A DNA stretch of 57,942 nucleotides from Priapulus caudatus (GCF_000485595.1 NW_014577086.1:179452-237393); one strand, 5' to 3'. Numbered from the stretch's first letter, positions 1 to 14,638 are shown. Made by a program: numbers and translations. The notes: generated by a model not told the origin, from the letters alone.

Positions 1-381
1 GCCTGCAAATAGCTGACCATACCAGTCTACGCCGTCTAATACTTGGCTCGGGGCCCAAAACAAAAAGCGTTACTAATATAGAACTGAAGATCTGCAGTGA
101 CTACTCACTACTGTGCCCAATCCCTTCTCTTTGTGATTTAAATGACTGAGAATATTTTTACGCTGTTTTTGGGACAAAATATTAGACAAAAACTAAGAAA
201 AGGTAGGAATTTCAGGGAAAATTAGGAAAAGTAGGAGCAAAGACAAAAAAATTGGAAAAAGTAGGAATGCCTGCAAATAGCTGACCATACCAGTCTACGC
301 CGTCTAATACTTGGCTCGGGGCCCAAAACAAAAAGCGTTACTAATATAGAACTGAACATCGACTGTGAATACTCACTACTG
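1..381. repeat. Direct duplication of ~110 bp (1-114 vs 269-381, period 268)
   Basis: gcctgcaaatagctgaccataccagtctacgccgtctaatacttggctcggggcccaaaac... occurs at both 1 and 269. Confidence 0.85.
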
Positions 382-2073
382 TGACGCCTAGGATAGACCA
401 GTCGCTGCGAAATCGTGGAGCTGTTAGTACTTAGTAACAAAGTTTTTGCTTTACGTGTAAACATAAAAACAAATATTTAGCGCTCTATAAACCTAGCGTC
501 ATGTTGCGAAATTTTGCAACGTTTTTACGTCCATATTTACCACAAGTTTTATGTGCACGCATGATATAAACACGTACGCCATTTATTTCATCCCAGTCGG
601 ATTGGATTTCATTCACCCATGCATAAGAAACATCTTGGTGCTACGTCTTACAACATGCATACCAGGAGTAAGATAATATAGGATAAGGATGATATAGGAT
701 ACATAGGATACATAGGATACATAGGATACCATAAGATGATATAGGATACCATACAATCCTGTCATTAAAACCCGAAATATCTGCTTCTGTGTCTAAATTT
801 ATTACCCCATATCACCCGTTATAGTGTCCTGTATATGGCTCTTTGTTGCTCCTCTTCGCAAGATTCCCCGTCGTTCCAGGTTGGTCAACCTGCCCAGCAA
901 ACCTCTGTATCTGCCCATGCAGTACTCTGTATAGCCCCCTCTAGTATAGCCCCCTAGAATTAAAATTAAATACTATTCAACGCACTGCGCCATGCAATCC
1001 ACCCATTTTTAATGCCACTTAACGCTTCAGGTATTTCATGCAGATCTCGTTCTAGCTCAGTGGAATTCGCTTCCTTAATCGCGACTAATGAGTTTCATTA
1101 AATTAAATCATTATTGTTACAGTGACATTATTATTATTATTATTATTATTATTAGAGACTGCTTAATACTTCGTAGAGAATCTAAAGTTCTTTCAGTATC
1201 TATGATGGCCCTTGTACGGACACACCGAAACCAGCTACGCATGTTGCATATTGGCTTTCTCGCATGTTCTACTATATATCTGCCCGCCTTCGATTCCCCA
1301 CCCCCCTCAACACACTTCCACCGTTTCTATAAATATCTCATCTTTTTGATTCCCACAACACGGCAAGGCGTCCATTAACTTACAATGGAGTAGAATTTCC
1401 GTTATAACATACACCTTAGTAGCGCACAGAGCACGCGCCTAACGCGTGCCCTTGGTTTTCTAACTGCGTAGAAGGGCGACCACGTAGTAAGGGCGTGGCC
1501 CAATGACCAGCCAGTTCGCCGGACACGTGACCCGGCCCTGTCCCCCATAGCAACAACACTACCGTTACTATACGTACGGATATAAGACCCAGCGCGCGCC
1601 GCGACACGTAGTCGTTGAATCAGAACAGTTAGGAGGGCGAGTCCGCGCACGACGCGCGCGGGCGCGGGTTGACACCGCGAGTCCGCGCACGGCGCGCGGG
1701 CAGTGGTGACAGTTCAGCCGCGGGTTTGTGTAGTGTGTAGTCAGACGCATATAATCTGTATTTGGAGTCACTGAGTAGAATAAATCATCTAGTCTGTTAC
1801 AACAAAGACGTGTTATCTTTACTCTACTGTGATCTTCATCGTCACTCGTCTTAGGTGGCACGAGAGACAATTAAAGAGAAGCTGACATCCTTCAAGCGGA
1901 AACGCAAACACGTACGAAACGAATAACGAACTGGGTTTGGAAATTAATAGTGTTTCAACAGTTGGACATTAATACAATTAATATAACTCGTAACACAACG
2001 CAAGGATTGTACATTACAACTGCGACTATATACCTAAAACTCCACTTCACATAATGGCCGTGTATATTTTGAC

Positions 2074-2387
2074 GGGAAATGCTATCCCCCGGGCGTGGAG
2101 GGACAGTACCGCAACGTGGCAGCACTAGTGTTAGGATTAGGGTTAGGATCAGGGTTAGGGTTAGGGTTAGGGTTAGGATTCGAATTAGGATTAGGGTTAG
2201 GGTTAGGGTTTTTTCATCATGATATCTGTCCCCACACCATAGATTAATTTGTGTGGATGACACCCCTATATATAGAGATCCGATATATACACATTTAGTG
2301 TTAGGGTTATGGTTACTGTTAAGTTTTGAAGTATACGTCAACTGTATCACATGACCGTCCCTCCATGCCCGAGGGATAGCAACACCC
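2074..2387. mobile_element. MITE with GGG termini, ~9-bp TSD and internal (TTAGGG)n (Mutator/Merlin-like)
   Basis: Imperfect TIRs gggaaatgctatcccccgggcgtggagggacagt / accgtccctccatgcccgagggatagcaacaccc; flanks tattttgac (2065-2073) and tattttgcc (2388-2396); degenerate TTAGGG array ~2130-2208. Confidence 0.75.
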
Positions 2388-2683
2388 TATTTTGCCGAGG
2401 ATTGTATTGGGGTAGTACATGATTTCTCACTATTCCGGTTTAACTTACCAAGAGTAAATAATTAGAGGATCATTGATTTACTGCGGATAATAATCCTCTT
2501 GTTGTTTAGCCCTGATAATACGAACATCATTGCCCAGGGCTATTTGCAGGAGGAACTACGTACTCGGCATCTACGCTTCCGACTAAGACAAGCAATTCGG
2601 GGCGGATGATAGCAGCATTACTCCCACACCTTCCCTAGCTCGCACCGGTCACACCGCGAGGGCAAAATGCAGCCACTGTGCCC

Positions 2684-2737
<54 letters not shown>

Positions 2738-2751
2738 ACTGCTGATGTTGC

Positions 2752-2786
<35 letters not shown>

Positions 2787-2793
2787 TTGATGC

Positions 2794-2828
<35 letters not shown>

Positions 2829-2841
2829 CTGTTGCTGCTGT

Positions 2842-2917
<76 letters not shown>

Positions 2918-3020
2918 ACTGCTGCTGCTGCTATTGCGGCTACTGCGCATGCTACTGCTGCTACTACTGCTGCTACTACTGCTGCTACTACTGCTGCTGC
3001 TACTGCTGCTGCTGCTACTA
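2684..3020. repeat. (CTG/TTG/CTA)n trinucleotide microsatellite
   Basis: Directly visible; it accounts for the poly-Ser/Ala/Leu ORFs. Confidence 0.97.
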
Positions 3021-3637
3021 CTTCCACTAATACTACAACTTCGACAAGTATGTTGATTAGATGGTTGGCGATTGCTCCCCTGGCGTTTCGCGCTTCGCCG
3101 TGGGTACACTTTAATAACGTTTGGTTAAGTTTGATAAGTGTCAGCACAAGTACGCGTTGATTAAATTTTAGTTCCGTCTCGCAATTCGAGACATATTTTA
3201 ACCAGTAATCCCTCAATATCAATTCGTCAGTGTATTATATTGCGTAATGCACAATCGAGAATAATCACTAGAAGCTGATAATGGAGAGGTTTTGCGCGCA
3301 CGTGTTTATCGTACACTGCACACTATACTGCTTCAATGAAATTTCTCGGAAGTAATTTCATCGCTTTAAAATGCGTTTTTTTCAGCGAAGATGCAATTAG
3401 ATTGCCTGGGAATTGCCTGGGAATAAATATATGTATTCACTCGTTAATGCTGCTCGGTTTATGTGTGGTGATAAATCCATGTTGAACAACAACAGGGGAT
3501 GATATACAATGTGGGAGGGGCATGCACCAATAGAGCCCTAGTGTGCGGAGCCTGCGAGATCTGATGTGAGGAGTAAGTCGCTTCACAGCGCTGATAGTTC
3601 ATTTGCTTCCACTTTTTTTCTAACAGATTATTATAAT

Positions 3638-4877
3638 CAGGAGTAGATAATAGGGAAGGAGTGTGACTTCAATAAACAATGGAAATTCGTCATTTACTAG
3701 CCTTGTAATACCTACGATTTACTACGCGTAACTCATCCAACTTGAGCTCAAATCGTACACAGTACATTCGCCTAGCATCGTGCGAAATCGTTTCCTCGTA
3801 TACACCCGCAATCCGGAGATACAGACTAAAACGTATTCTGTTGACAGCAAACTCGATGCGTTCAGAGCCTAATTTGAAACAAAATGCAGTTACTATACCA
3901 CAGCTTGCTCTCGTCGCCCAAAGGCGGTGTGTGCTGCGAGTGGCAGCCAATCTGGACTCGGCGCAACACTCTGTTCGAGATAATCTCCTTTGCACAGTCC
4001 TCGCCGGCATACAGCTACATATCCGGCATACCGATACAGCTGGTATGGGCCCCCCATCGCACCCGCTCGCACGCTTCACCGCCAATCCAGTCCAGCAGCT
4101 CCTAGCTCCAATTCCTCCCCTGCTCGCGGCTACGCTCACCGCCACTGGCCGAGAGAGCAAAGCTGTGGTTCTAGTATAGCTGCCTCTTTGTCTCTCAAAT
4201 TCGGCGGTTGAACGCGCATCGAGTTGCTGGCAACATAGCTAATGGAAAATCGTGTCGTAACGTTTTAGTCTGTATCTCCGGATTGCGGGTGTATACGAGA
4301 AACAGAGATTTTCCGCAGCTGATTTTTGGCTAGGCGAAACTATTTGTAACGATTTGAGCTCAGTTGGATGAGTTCATCGCAAGTAGTAAATCGAGATAAC
4401 AAAAACACCCTTCTCTTCCCCTTTCTCTCCTCGCTCCCTCTAAGACTCTACTTTCCCCTCTAAGAAACTAGACACAATTTTTTTTTTTACCATCCTCTAT
4501 CTTTTTCTTTAAATATTTTTATCTTCTTTTCACTCCACCAATGAACCTGGAATAAACTATTTTTTTTTTTAAAAATATTTTTTTTTAAAATAAATATTAT
4601 AAAATTTTTTTGTCTTTTTCTTTCATTTAAATAAAAATATCTTTCAATCACACTTGACAAAATTGTTTCTGATATCTCCATAACCCTTCTCTCTGTAATA
4701 ACTCCTGGTTAACTGTACTAGATTTTATACTTAAGATTTATCTTGTTTTAATACTTTATATCTTAAAAATTTAAATAACTTTTTTTTAAAATAAACTTTT
4801 AATTTAATAACGTGCTAGTAAATGACGAATTTCCCTTTTTTATTGAAGTCACACTCCTTCCCTATTATCTACTGCTG
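3638..4877. mobile_element. Non-autonomous P/Galileo-like DNA transposon, ~63-bp TIRs, 7-bp TSD
   Basis: Left end caggagtagataatagggaaggagtgtgacttcaataaa...gtcatttactagc; right end gctagtaaatgacg...ttattgaagtcacactccttccctattatctactgctg; flanks ttataat / ttacaat; further internal inverted similarity ~3710-3830 vs ~4250-4390. Confidence 0.8.
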
Positions 4878-5244
4878 TTACAATAGTGCAAATACTTGTT
4901 CGCCCCGAGAGACCCGGCTGCAGAATTACTTTGGTCAAACACAAAGCCACTGTCTTTGCGCGTGGGCGAAATGCAAAGAGCGTGGGGATATTCACTGGAG
5001 AATAGAATTGGGGGGAGAGGGAACGAGGTTTACGTAACAATTTCGTAAATGACAAGGCTCGTCCCTCATGAATCAATTTGGCGGATCAAGTCCCGGAGTG
5101 CAAAATTCGTTAACAAATCTAATGAGGTCGCCTCCGGGGGGCAACTGCCACTATAATCGTGATAGGGGTAAACAAGTCGCATGGTATCAGGAGACGACGG
5201 AGAGCAACGAACAAACGATGGGAGAATCGTCAGCATCGTCTCTG

Positions 5245-5994
5245 CAGCCTGTTCTGCTAGCATCTATGACAAATACGACATCGCATATAACGCTCGCCCT
5301 ATGCACTATTTGTCATAGGAAAGATTCTTCCTATAACAAATATTGTTGTATGTGCTGTGCGCATCATAGGAGTTTAAGCCTAGCGCACACACCCGAGCAA
5401 AACGGGAAATTTTGTTTTCCAAGCGTTTCGCGTTCTGCTCGGCGAGCAAGCGCACACACGCCACCGACACAGCACAACAGCTGAGCAAAAATACAGAAAC
5501 ACTGCGTCAGCGGCCCTGTCACATGACATCAAAAGCCATCCAATGGACATCCGAATTTTGTGTGTCATGTGATATTTTTAAGGATATTGATTGGACCGTC
5601 TGTGGCGTTTCGCTGTGTAGCAGAACGATTGACGCAGACACACCCGAGCAAAAACGTACCGCTCAGGCGAAAACACGTTCCGCGAATCAAACATTGCTTG
5701 TTCAGCGAAAACACGCTCAGCTGAGCAATGTTTTTTGTTTCGGGAATCCGCACACAGCACAAGCCATCGAGCGAAACACGTTTTGCTCCACGTTCAGGGT
5801 GTTTTGCTAGGGTGTGTGCGCTAGGCTTTAGGAGCGCTATTATGAACGCAAGCAGTGAATTGCAGCTGTAAAGCGGAACGAAGTTGACTCGCCAATAATA
5901 AATTCTCCTATTTAATTTTCCTATGACAAATAGTATCATAGGAGAGCGTATATGCGTATGTCGTATTTGTCATAGATGCTAGCAGAACATGTTG
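5245..5994. mobile_element. Non-autonomous TIR element with CA termini and perfect 7-bp TSD (P/Galileo-like)
   Basis: TIR cagcctgttctgctagcatctatgacaaatacgacat / atgtcgtatttgtcatagatgctagcagaacatgttg; gtctctg on both flanks (5238-5244, 5995-6001). Confidence 0.8.
5377..5827. mobile_element. PIF/Harbinger-like MITE nested in the 5245-5994 element
   Basis: TIR agcctagcgcacacacc / ggtgtgtgcgctaggct; TTA on both sides. Confidence 0.8.
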
Positions 5995-7904
5995 GTCTCT
6001 GCTATAGTAAACCCCCTGGGTCTGACGGCTCCACATGCAGCGACGGTCGCCGCACACACAGACGCATATCATTTGTATGCAATTAGTTAACGCGCGGAAT
6101 TACAGACCATGACTTCACTCAGCTGCACTCTTGTCTCCGCGGAGCTCATTCAACGTCACCGCTGCACGAGACACGAGAGGGGATCGAATTAGAATGGCCC
6201 GGAAAGAGAAAATGAACACGAGGAATGAGGGTAGGGGCTATAAAAATGGCAGGAAAATTGGGGAGAGGATACGTAGCAAGATGGGAGAAAAAATGGAAAC
6301 TGGGGGCAAACGTAGGGATAGTGGGGAGGCGAAAGGGTGGGCAAAGAGTGGACGGTGGATAAACTACGGCGTAAAGTGTGTGGTCTACACTAATTGTTAT
6401 TTTTGAAAATAGCAATTGCAGCGTTTGGTGTAATTTTAAGGTGCTGTACTACCACACTTGTTATCTTGCCGATTTCCTTTAATGTCATTAGGTTCATTTG
6501 GTTTTGCGATGTGAATCTTTTATTTAGAAGTTACGTGACTTCCTCATTTTAGCCCACTGCGCGCTATCACAGAAAAGAGATGATCACCCGATAGAGTATC
6601 ATACTATGTCATTTTTATTATTAAGGATGGAGGTGTCTTGCATGGTACTTACACCCCGGTATATTTCACCTCTTACTGACATAGACACTGACATGACATG
6701 ACTGACATGACATTTTTGACGCTGAGATAAGACGAGTAACAAGCCCAACTCAGCGCTCGCTGTAACAGGGCGTGCGATGGTTGGTACAAATTGGATTGAA
6801 TTAGGTCAAGAGTATAAATATGTCCATCAGCTTTCTGAATGGTGTGATCCAGGACATGCCACCTTTAAAAATAGTCCCTGTAAGACAGCACGCACTAGCG
6901 GAGATGCAATTAGCTGGAACTAGCGAGGACATGTGTGCGTCAGGGTTTGTGGGTGTATAGGAGGGTTCTGGCTGAGGAGGCACCCACAGTGTGGGTGACC
7001 GTTAGATGTGCTTAGCGACCACGAGCGCTAGGCGTAAACCATCGATACTAATTTTCCAGGATCATCCTATCAATTGCCGCTGGCGGATTGCAGTCCTAAC
7101 ATCATTAGGAGACAAATTGCTGGGATCTGCAATGCAGGCAATCGCATTATTATTCAAAGAGCAAATTCATCTGCGGTATTAATGGGATTGCATATTTAAC
7201 CAACCATGAAGGCTCACGAAATGATACGTCACGGCTGTGTGTGTAACTCGGCACCGGCAGAATTAAATTACAGAATTTATTGTAGCGTTTGAACAACGGT
7301 TGAATCCAATTGATCAACGCGACCAAAATCCAAGAACTGTATAGCACCGGAATTGCCTGTCAAACGTATGCAAATTCGGCTGCTTATGTTAATGAGTAAA
7401 TGCAATTCGAAAACATTTCTAGACGATGATTAATATCGGTCCATGATATTTCCAAGAATGATGAATGTCCCGTGATATTTGAATACCACGCAGCCGTGGC
7501 TTCGATACAAAAACAGACGCAATACATCAAGAGTGCGTACCTCTTATTATTGTAAATAACGATCGAATAAAATTCCTTTCGCAACCTCGAGCACTGACAG
7601 CGCTTTTTGTCATGTTTTACCGAACATGCAACCGAGCATAACTATTCAAATAGCACTGACGAAACGTGGCGAGCGCAAAGTATCTGTATTCATATACCAA
7701 ATACACGTAATAAGTACGGTTTACGGCACAAACGTAGATTACCAAGAAAGTATATAAAGCAGTAGACAGCTCAAAATAGTATAGTAATAAATACAGCACA
7801 ATGTGGTTGCAGTAGTGATAAAGTATATGACGTATATTATTTAGATTATACAGGTATATATATATAAAGCAATGGACACCGGACCGCATGTCAGGCGGAG
7901 GTAG

Positions 7905-8030
7905 TATATGGACGAGGTATATGGTACGATGGTAGTACGAGGTACGATGGTACGATGGTAGTACGAGGTACGATGGTAGTATGGACGAGGTATAGTGGAT
8001 GGTATGGACGAATATGGAGATGGTATAGTG
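7905..8030. repeat. Degenerate short tandem repeat (ggtacgat/ggtagtatggacga units)
   Basis: Directly visible tandem units. Confidence 0.8.
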
Positions 8031-8088
8031 GACGTGTTGACGATGATCGCGCGAGGAACGGCACGCGCACGCACATATATATATATAT

Positions 8089-8185
8089 CAGGAGTAGATA
8101 ATAGGGAATTATCTATGTATAATATCTATAATATATGTATAATATCTATATTATAATCAGGGGAATTCCCTATTATCTACTCCTG
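8089..8185. mobile_element. TIR-only stub (putative excision footprint) of the CAGGAGTAGATAATAGGGAA family
   Basis: First 20 bp of each end match the TIR of 3638-4877; AT-rich filler between; lies in (AT)n. Confidence 0.75.
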
Positions 8186-8218
<33 letters not shown>

Positions 8219-9614
8219 GTGCGCGACATTAGCGCTATTTTACCGGTGGCCGCCGCTTCACCCCCCCCCCCCCCCCCCCCCATATAATCAGTCCACTTGG
8301 CCTATTCAAAATGTTGCCTATCTTGCCTTTATATCAACAATATTTACCAATTTCCTGACTAGTTTTCACTTAGTGACTATAGTATACTAAGAAGTAAATC
8401 ATGTTCCAGCAATTCCTGTCAAACAAGTAGAACTCCACTGATAGCAGTGAAATACTGAAATACTACAAGTATATATGCCTAATAAACACAAAGCTAATAC
8501 TTTTATTAATAATGAAATCCTACCTAATGGGCGTGCATGAAATTACGGTTAAAGGCGCTCTGTTGTTAAAAATGATGCTTCAGACATAAAAAAATCGCTG
8601 TTTAAGAAATCGAACTGAACGTGGCTTCAGCCACTATAGTCAACGGCTATTTCCGAAGGTTATGCGTCTACGCATACGCCGGCCGTCACATCACGGCGGT
8701 TATAATTATGATGAAATTCGAGTCGAATGCTTTTCGTTTCAGCGTGAGAAATATAGATTTTTGCGTCCCCTCGACCATGCAAGGCCACAAAAGCCAAGGC
8801 CACAATTTTAGACATAATTTGTCTTCTGCATGAGTATAAGCGGTCTATTACAGCTATAGCGCGTCAATGTCAAAATATCAAAGATGATCATCAATACATG
8901 TCACATTTACAGACAAAAATTTGCTCAGAACTTTGCGCTCATGTAGGGAGAAGTTATTAATCTTATACATGAGCCGCTACTTGGCAAGGCTGAGCCCTAT
9001 ACAGATCGCCACATTGCCCCTATATAGTCAATTATGTTTTAGGTGCGGTCGTTCTGAATGTAAAATTAGCCGAAGGCATCCGGGCGCCAGTGGAAATTTG
9101 GCGGCCAATGTTTCCAGTGGTATAAGCACGAGTGGTATAGGATTGATTCTGTATAATAGGTTGCTCTATTTATTGCGTGCTATGCACGCGCATCTATGAT
9201 ATGCACACGCATGCCTTCACACATGAACATAACAATAGGAAAATCATATAGCTATCAGCACACATCAGCGCTCGTACGAGCGGAAACCCGCAGGAACACA
9301 AAGTAGCTCAATTACTTATTAGCATATTAAAATTTCCACGACGAACACAACTGTCGCACTGTATTCATGCTCAGTCGATTTCCCCCCGTATGACTATTGC
9401 ATAATATCTACACGTAAGTGGTATAGAAATAAACTTTTGATCAAAGGCCTCAGAAAAATTAAGGCGTACCAATTCAATGGCAAAAATAACTAGACAGAGT
9501 GCACTCACGGAGAGTGCATACCTCCGCCAGAGACATACTTACACAACCACACAACACACATTACAACAACATAACAACATACAACATGTACAACTACAAG
9601 CTGGCTTGCTGGCT

Positions 9615-9838
9615 TGCTGCTCGCTCGCTCGCAGCATCCGCTCGTTGCTGCTGCTCGCTCACATGTACACGCTCGCTGTCTTGCTGCCACTCGCTCGTAG
9701 CATCCGCTCGTTGCTGCTGCTCGCTCACATGTACACGCTCGCTGGCTCGCTGCGCTGGCTGGCTCGCTGCGCTGGCTGGCTCGCTGCGCTGGCTGGCTCG
9801 CTGCGCTGGCTGGCTCGCTGCGCTGGCTGGCTCGCTGG
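9615..9838. repeat. 66-bp tandem duplication followed by a 17-bp minisatellite (gctcgctgcgctggctg)n
   Basis: Directly visible. Confidence 0.85.
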
Positions 9839-11966
9839 GTGACGCGCTAATATCGATCGCGCGAACACACGAACACACTAACACACAAGAGCGATCACAT
9901 AACCCCCTCCAACTCCTTTGGGCGGAGGTACGTAACAAACGAATAACAACGCATGACGCACGTAACCCCCAAAATGACATAAATTATTATGTTATCTGCT
10001 ATACCCTACCACAGCTAGGATATGATTTTAAAACACTGGAAACAATAAAATGTAAATAGTTTGTGATTATATCCATCGGATTCCTGCTGGTGTCAGATTA
10101 AATGTTTCGGGAGTAGTTGATCCCGGACTAGCGTTAATTTGGACCCTTCGCGTGTTTGAGCATCAGGTGTTAATTATCACCACATGCAACGCCAAAATTT
10201 AGGAAAATGTCCACGCCATGACTTATTTCCTTTAAATGGAACGGGTCTGTAGCTCGCACGAGTTAGGTAACTGCTGGACATGCACATTAACACCTGACCT
10301 TATTCCCTCCAATTTCCATCAGAGCACGCATTGTCACCGCAGGCAGTGAATGCTGTTGAACTTCTTTCTCGCCTTTTTCTCTACGTAAGTATGACTATAA
10401 ACCGCCTCTAATCAGCGGGTGGCTCACTATTATGGTATTAACTCGTATACTGAGCCCCGGGTTTCGCATCAGTCTTTCGTCTTCTTTCAGAAATTTCTTT
10501 CGTCTCAAGGGCACGCGACCATACTAGCGATTACGTCGCCGTGACAGGTGTGGGTCACAGGTGAAGTTGCATGCTGACTCGGCATGCACTCATGCGGGGT
10601 TAATTTCTTCCACCGGGATATGCTGTTATCAAAATCCGCGTAAGTCACTGACGGCTAGCACCGCTCATGAACGAGTGGCACCGCTCATGCTTAACTAGGG
10701 CATAATAGGTGCTCGCCGAATACATGCCCATGTATCATAAATGTATCATGTTAACACGACACCACTGACCCAATGACTAGTGCTCGGTTGGCGCCCCGCC
10801 CTCCCTCCCTCCTTCCCTCTCTCTCGCGGCAACGACGTTTCAACTTGCGGAAGAAATTTTGTGAAACAGCAACACTGAGAATAACGAGTTGAAAATTTTC
10901 AACATTTACAGATAGTCGACTATGGGTAAGAATTACTATATTACAATAATCGCAATCGAATTCGAATGTGTAAGTATTGTGGTACTGTACACATTTCTTA
11001 TGAATCATAACTTGGTTATGACTATTGGATGAAGCTTTTCGACAACATGGTAAATGTCAAGAAGAAATAAGGAAGAAATACATACACATGAAATAGGTTG
11101 AAAAACACTGCTTGTCAGTAGCAATTAGCTACTGAAATGAGTTTGTAAAATTAGATTTCCTGACAGAATTCTCGTACATAACTCTAGAAAATTTGTTTCT
11201 ACTGTATACAATGAGCGCTTGAACAACACATTTGTAAAATTATATATGGTTAATTGGAGAATGGTATATGGGTATGAATGGGTATGAGTGGTCAAAACCC
11301 ACTTGTCGATAATCTTATGTAGCAATAACAGGTAACAAAGCTCGCTGGAACAAATCTTATTATATTAAGGTATTGTCGCACTGCCTCACGCGTGCATCGA
11401 TTGCATTCGCCAAGGCTCACGTAGGCGCGTACACACGTGACTGGCAGCCAACGAACGTTCCAGCGCCCTAAAGCAATTCTATAATGTTATAAATAATGGA
11501 AGCCGCCGTAGCCGATCTTTTCTCTAATTTTGCACGTGACATGAGCCAATAGGGGACGATTATTTCGTAATGTTAGGCTATTATATATTTAAACGCTCGC
11601 AAAGGCAGCCATTTGTGATTTTCTGTGGCAAATGCTTAAATTAGCTTTCAGCAACCGTCATTATATCATTCATCCGACTATTTATTTTTTTTACCCAAGT
11701 AGCAGCGCAGCGGGCGAAGCGTTGATGGAGCACACCACAAAAAGATGTGTACTACTAAAACGGCTTGTCATTTTACACAAGTTAGAAAATTATGAGATAT
11801 ATAAGTAGGAAAATGTACGTTTATATCACGAATTGGGTAAATGTAGCTTTGACAATGACCTCCGACTAATTGCTGAATGGGTCGTTAACCCGAGCGTTCT
11901 GATTAAGCGAGCCGCGTCTCGAACTTTTAACAGAATATTGCCTGAAATGATACAATACGATACCAC

Positions 11967-12108
11967 CAGGAGTACATGAATAGCGAACATCTATTTTTAT
12001 CTACTTCTGATACCATATTACGTAATGCACGATCAAATATGATACAATACGATAGCGGATACGATATGATCAGGAGTGAATAATAGAGATCTCTATTATC
12101 CACTCCTG
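11967..12108. mobile_element. Two TIR-only stubs: 11967-12009 and 12071-12108
   Basis: caggagta...ctacttctg with flanks ataccac/ataccat; caggagtgaataatagagatctctattatccactcctg with atatgat on both sides. Confidence 0.75.
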
Positions 12109-12284
12109 ATATGATAATACGACGAGATCTTATGAACGCGAGTGTCCGCTACAGGAGCGCTTCCTGTAGCGGGAGCGAAGCTAGGTCTTTACGGATGGAG
12201 CTAATTCATAGGTATACACACATACAACAAAAATCACGTTTGTACCCTATTAGTATTAGTGCCAATCGCCATCACATACAACTA

Positions 12285-12859
12285 CATGGTTCATACAGGA
12301 GGACTGAAAATTTTCAAGGACTTTTCAATGACTTTTCAAGGACATTTTATCAGAAATTCAAAGACATTTTATCGGGCATTTTATCGGAATTCATACACAG
12401 AACAAAACATACCTGGATTAATTTAATAACCCCATTCTTAATCACTGTCACCTCTAAAACTTACCTGGCGCGGATCACATTAATAAACCCTTCTAAACAC
12501 TGTCACTTCTACAACATACCTTGATTTACTGACTGATTTTACTGACTTTAATACTGTAATTTGTGATCATCATTTAATTGTCTATCGTGTCTATAGCTTT
12601 TTAAGTTCATTTAACGCAATTTTTATTTTTTGCACATTATTGATGGTACAAAATTTCTTTTTATTACAGGCAAGAATTCTTTCTAAAAATTCAAGGACAT
12701 TTTCATGAAATTCAAGGACTTTTCAAGCACAAAATCAACATTTATAAATTCAAGGACATTTTCATGAAATTCAAGGACTTTTCAAGCACAAAATCAACAT
12801 TTATAAATTCAAGTACTTTTCAAGGACTCCCCTCAAATTCAAGGACTGTGCGAACCATG
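12285..12859. mobile_element. hAT-like MITE with 5-bp TSD and subterminal ttcaaggac repeats (copy 1)
   Basis: catggttc...gaaccatg termini, aacta on both flanks; closely similar to 51633-52174. Confidence 0.85.
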
Positions 12860-13120
12860 AACTAGAACGATTACACAATGCAATTTCTGCTTCCGTTTCA
12901 TCGCGCCGGCAGATCATTATAATGACAATATACATATTTATATCTTTATATCTTTTAGCCTTTATATATAGGAACCCGCGATGATAGTTAGCAAATTGCG
13001 GTAATTAACGTCCGACTATAACGCCATTTTTAAATGACAGCCGGACGCGCACATCGGCGACACGCGTGCTCTCATTAGCGGCAGCAGCACGGTCTGTTTG
13101 TTTCTCGCAGACGAAATTAA

Positions 13121-13539
13121 CGCAGGCACTTAAATTGGAGCGTGTCAATAAAGAAAAATAATGCTAAATATATATACAGTTACACGACATGTATTTACTA
13201 CCAAAGTCTTCATGTTTCTCTACTCTCTTTCGCCTATTATTGCCGATAATTTCCCGTTATATATATATTATAGTATTATAGTATATTATATATAGTATAT
13301 TATATATAGTATATTATATATAGTATATTATATAGTATATATATATTAAGTGTAAACGTGCAGCGGCGTGCGTGCGGTCTATACGTGTGTGTTGCAGAGG
13401 AGCATTTGAACAGCATTTGCAGGAAATTATCGGCAATAATAGGCGAAAGAAAGTAGAGAAACATTAAGACTTTGGAATTAAATACATTTCGTGTTTATTT
13501 AGCATTATTTTTTTTTATTGAGACGCTCAAGTGGCTGTG
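13121..13539. mobile_element. Fold-back MITE family A (CACAGGCACTTGGAGCGTTTCAATAAAA termini, central TA-rich repeat)
   Basis: Long imperfect inverted arms; homologous to 14639-15097, 15324-15759, 23317-23521, 37631-37830. Confidence 0.8.
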
Positions 13540-14638
13540 GACGATAACTACACTACAGAGAACAAACCACGCTCACGCTCGCACACAGCAATTCATTCGT
13601 TTTCGCAGCGAAAGCGGAAAATTGTGTGGGGTAGGGCTTTTAGTAGAAAGCAGTAGCCTATAGCTATACGCGACTAGATTACCGCCGACCCTAAATACAC
13701 GCTTTTGAAATCATCAAGCAAAATCGCTTAAAGGCATTGGAAAAACCACTTATTTCAATTCACCATTTACCGACGCTGTCAAATTAAAGCACAGATGTTG
13801 AGAGTAGAAGCAGAATAAGCGCGTGCCTTTAGTAGACTGATTGTTCAACATTAAATTGAAAAGAAAAAAACACATTTCCATTTACAGACTTTAACTTTAA
13901 ATGTTATAGGAAAGGACACGGGCGGGTACACACTTATTGATTTACGCATGCGCATACTTGCTTGCGTACGATAGAACCGATAACTATTTCATCGTTGAAC
14001 ATATAAGAACGGTAACTAGTATAGGCACATGGGTCGTTCTAGAGAATAACATATTTGCGTAAGGTGACACTATAATGTTATTAAAATTATCGCCTCTCAA
14101 ATAAATCGGAAAAATTTATATATGTTAGAGATATTAGGTCTCACGTGTTGGCGTACAAATTACTAATTATACTTCAGCATAAAAATTTCTACGAGTATGT
14201 ACTGTTATGTGGTATATAAAGCAGCAAATGAACAGCAAACTTGCGCCCGCATTCTTGAAATTCGCGAAAATGAAATATGAAAACGCTGCCATAAAACATG
14301 TGCACGTGCGAACGTGACGTATTGGGTGAAGATAATAATGAGCGAATGTTCAAAGACATGTTAGAGAAAAAACAAATTAACATGTGAAATGATTGTTTAA
14401 TTATATAAACCGTCAGTGTTCACGAATACTGTTCATTGGTTTTAAAAAAAGTTGTCACAGCAGCGTGTACATGCAGTGTCAGTGACACGTACGAATTTTT
14501 CTTTTTTCTCACTAACTTAATATTACTGAAGACGGCGAATTTCTACCCTGCCCATGTTGTCTATATAATTATACAGCTGTGGTCTATACGAGCGAGCACT
14601 GCTGGACACTGTAGTGCCATGACACTGTTGCACGTGGG

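Noticed and set aside
2500..2683. Possible SINE body ahead of the (CTG)n tract
   Set aside because: No clear pol III A/B boxes or second copy in the window
2618..3222. Poly-Ser, poly-Ala and poly-Leu ORFs
   Set aside because: Translations of a trinucleotide microsatellite, open in several frames
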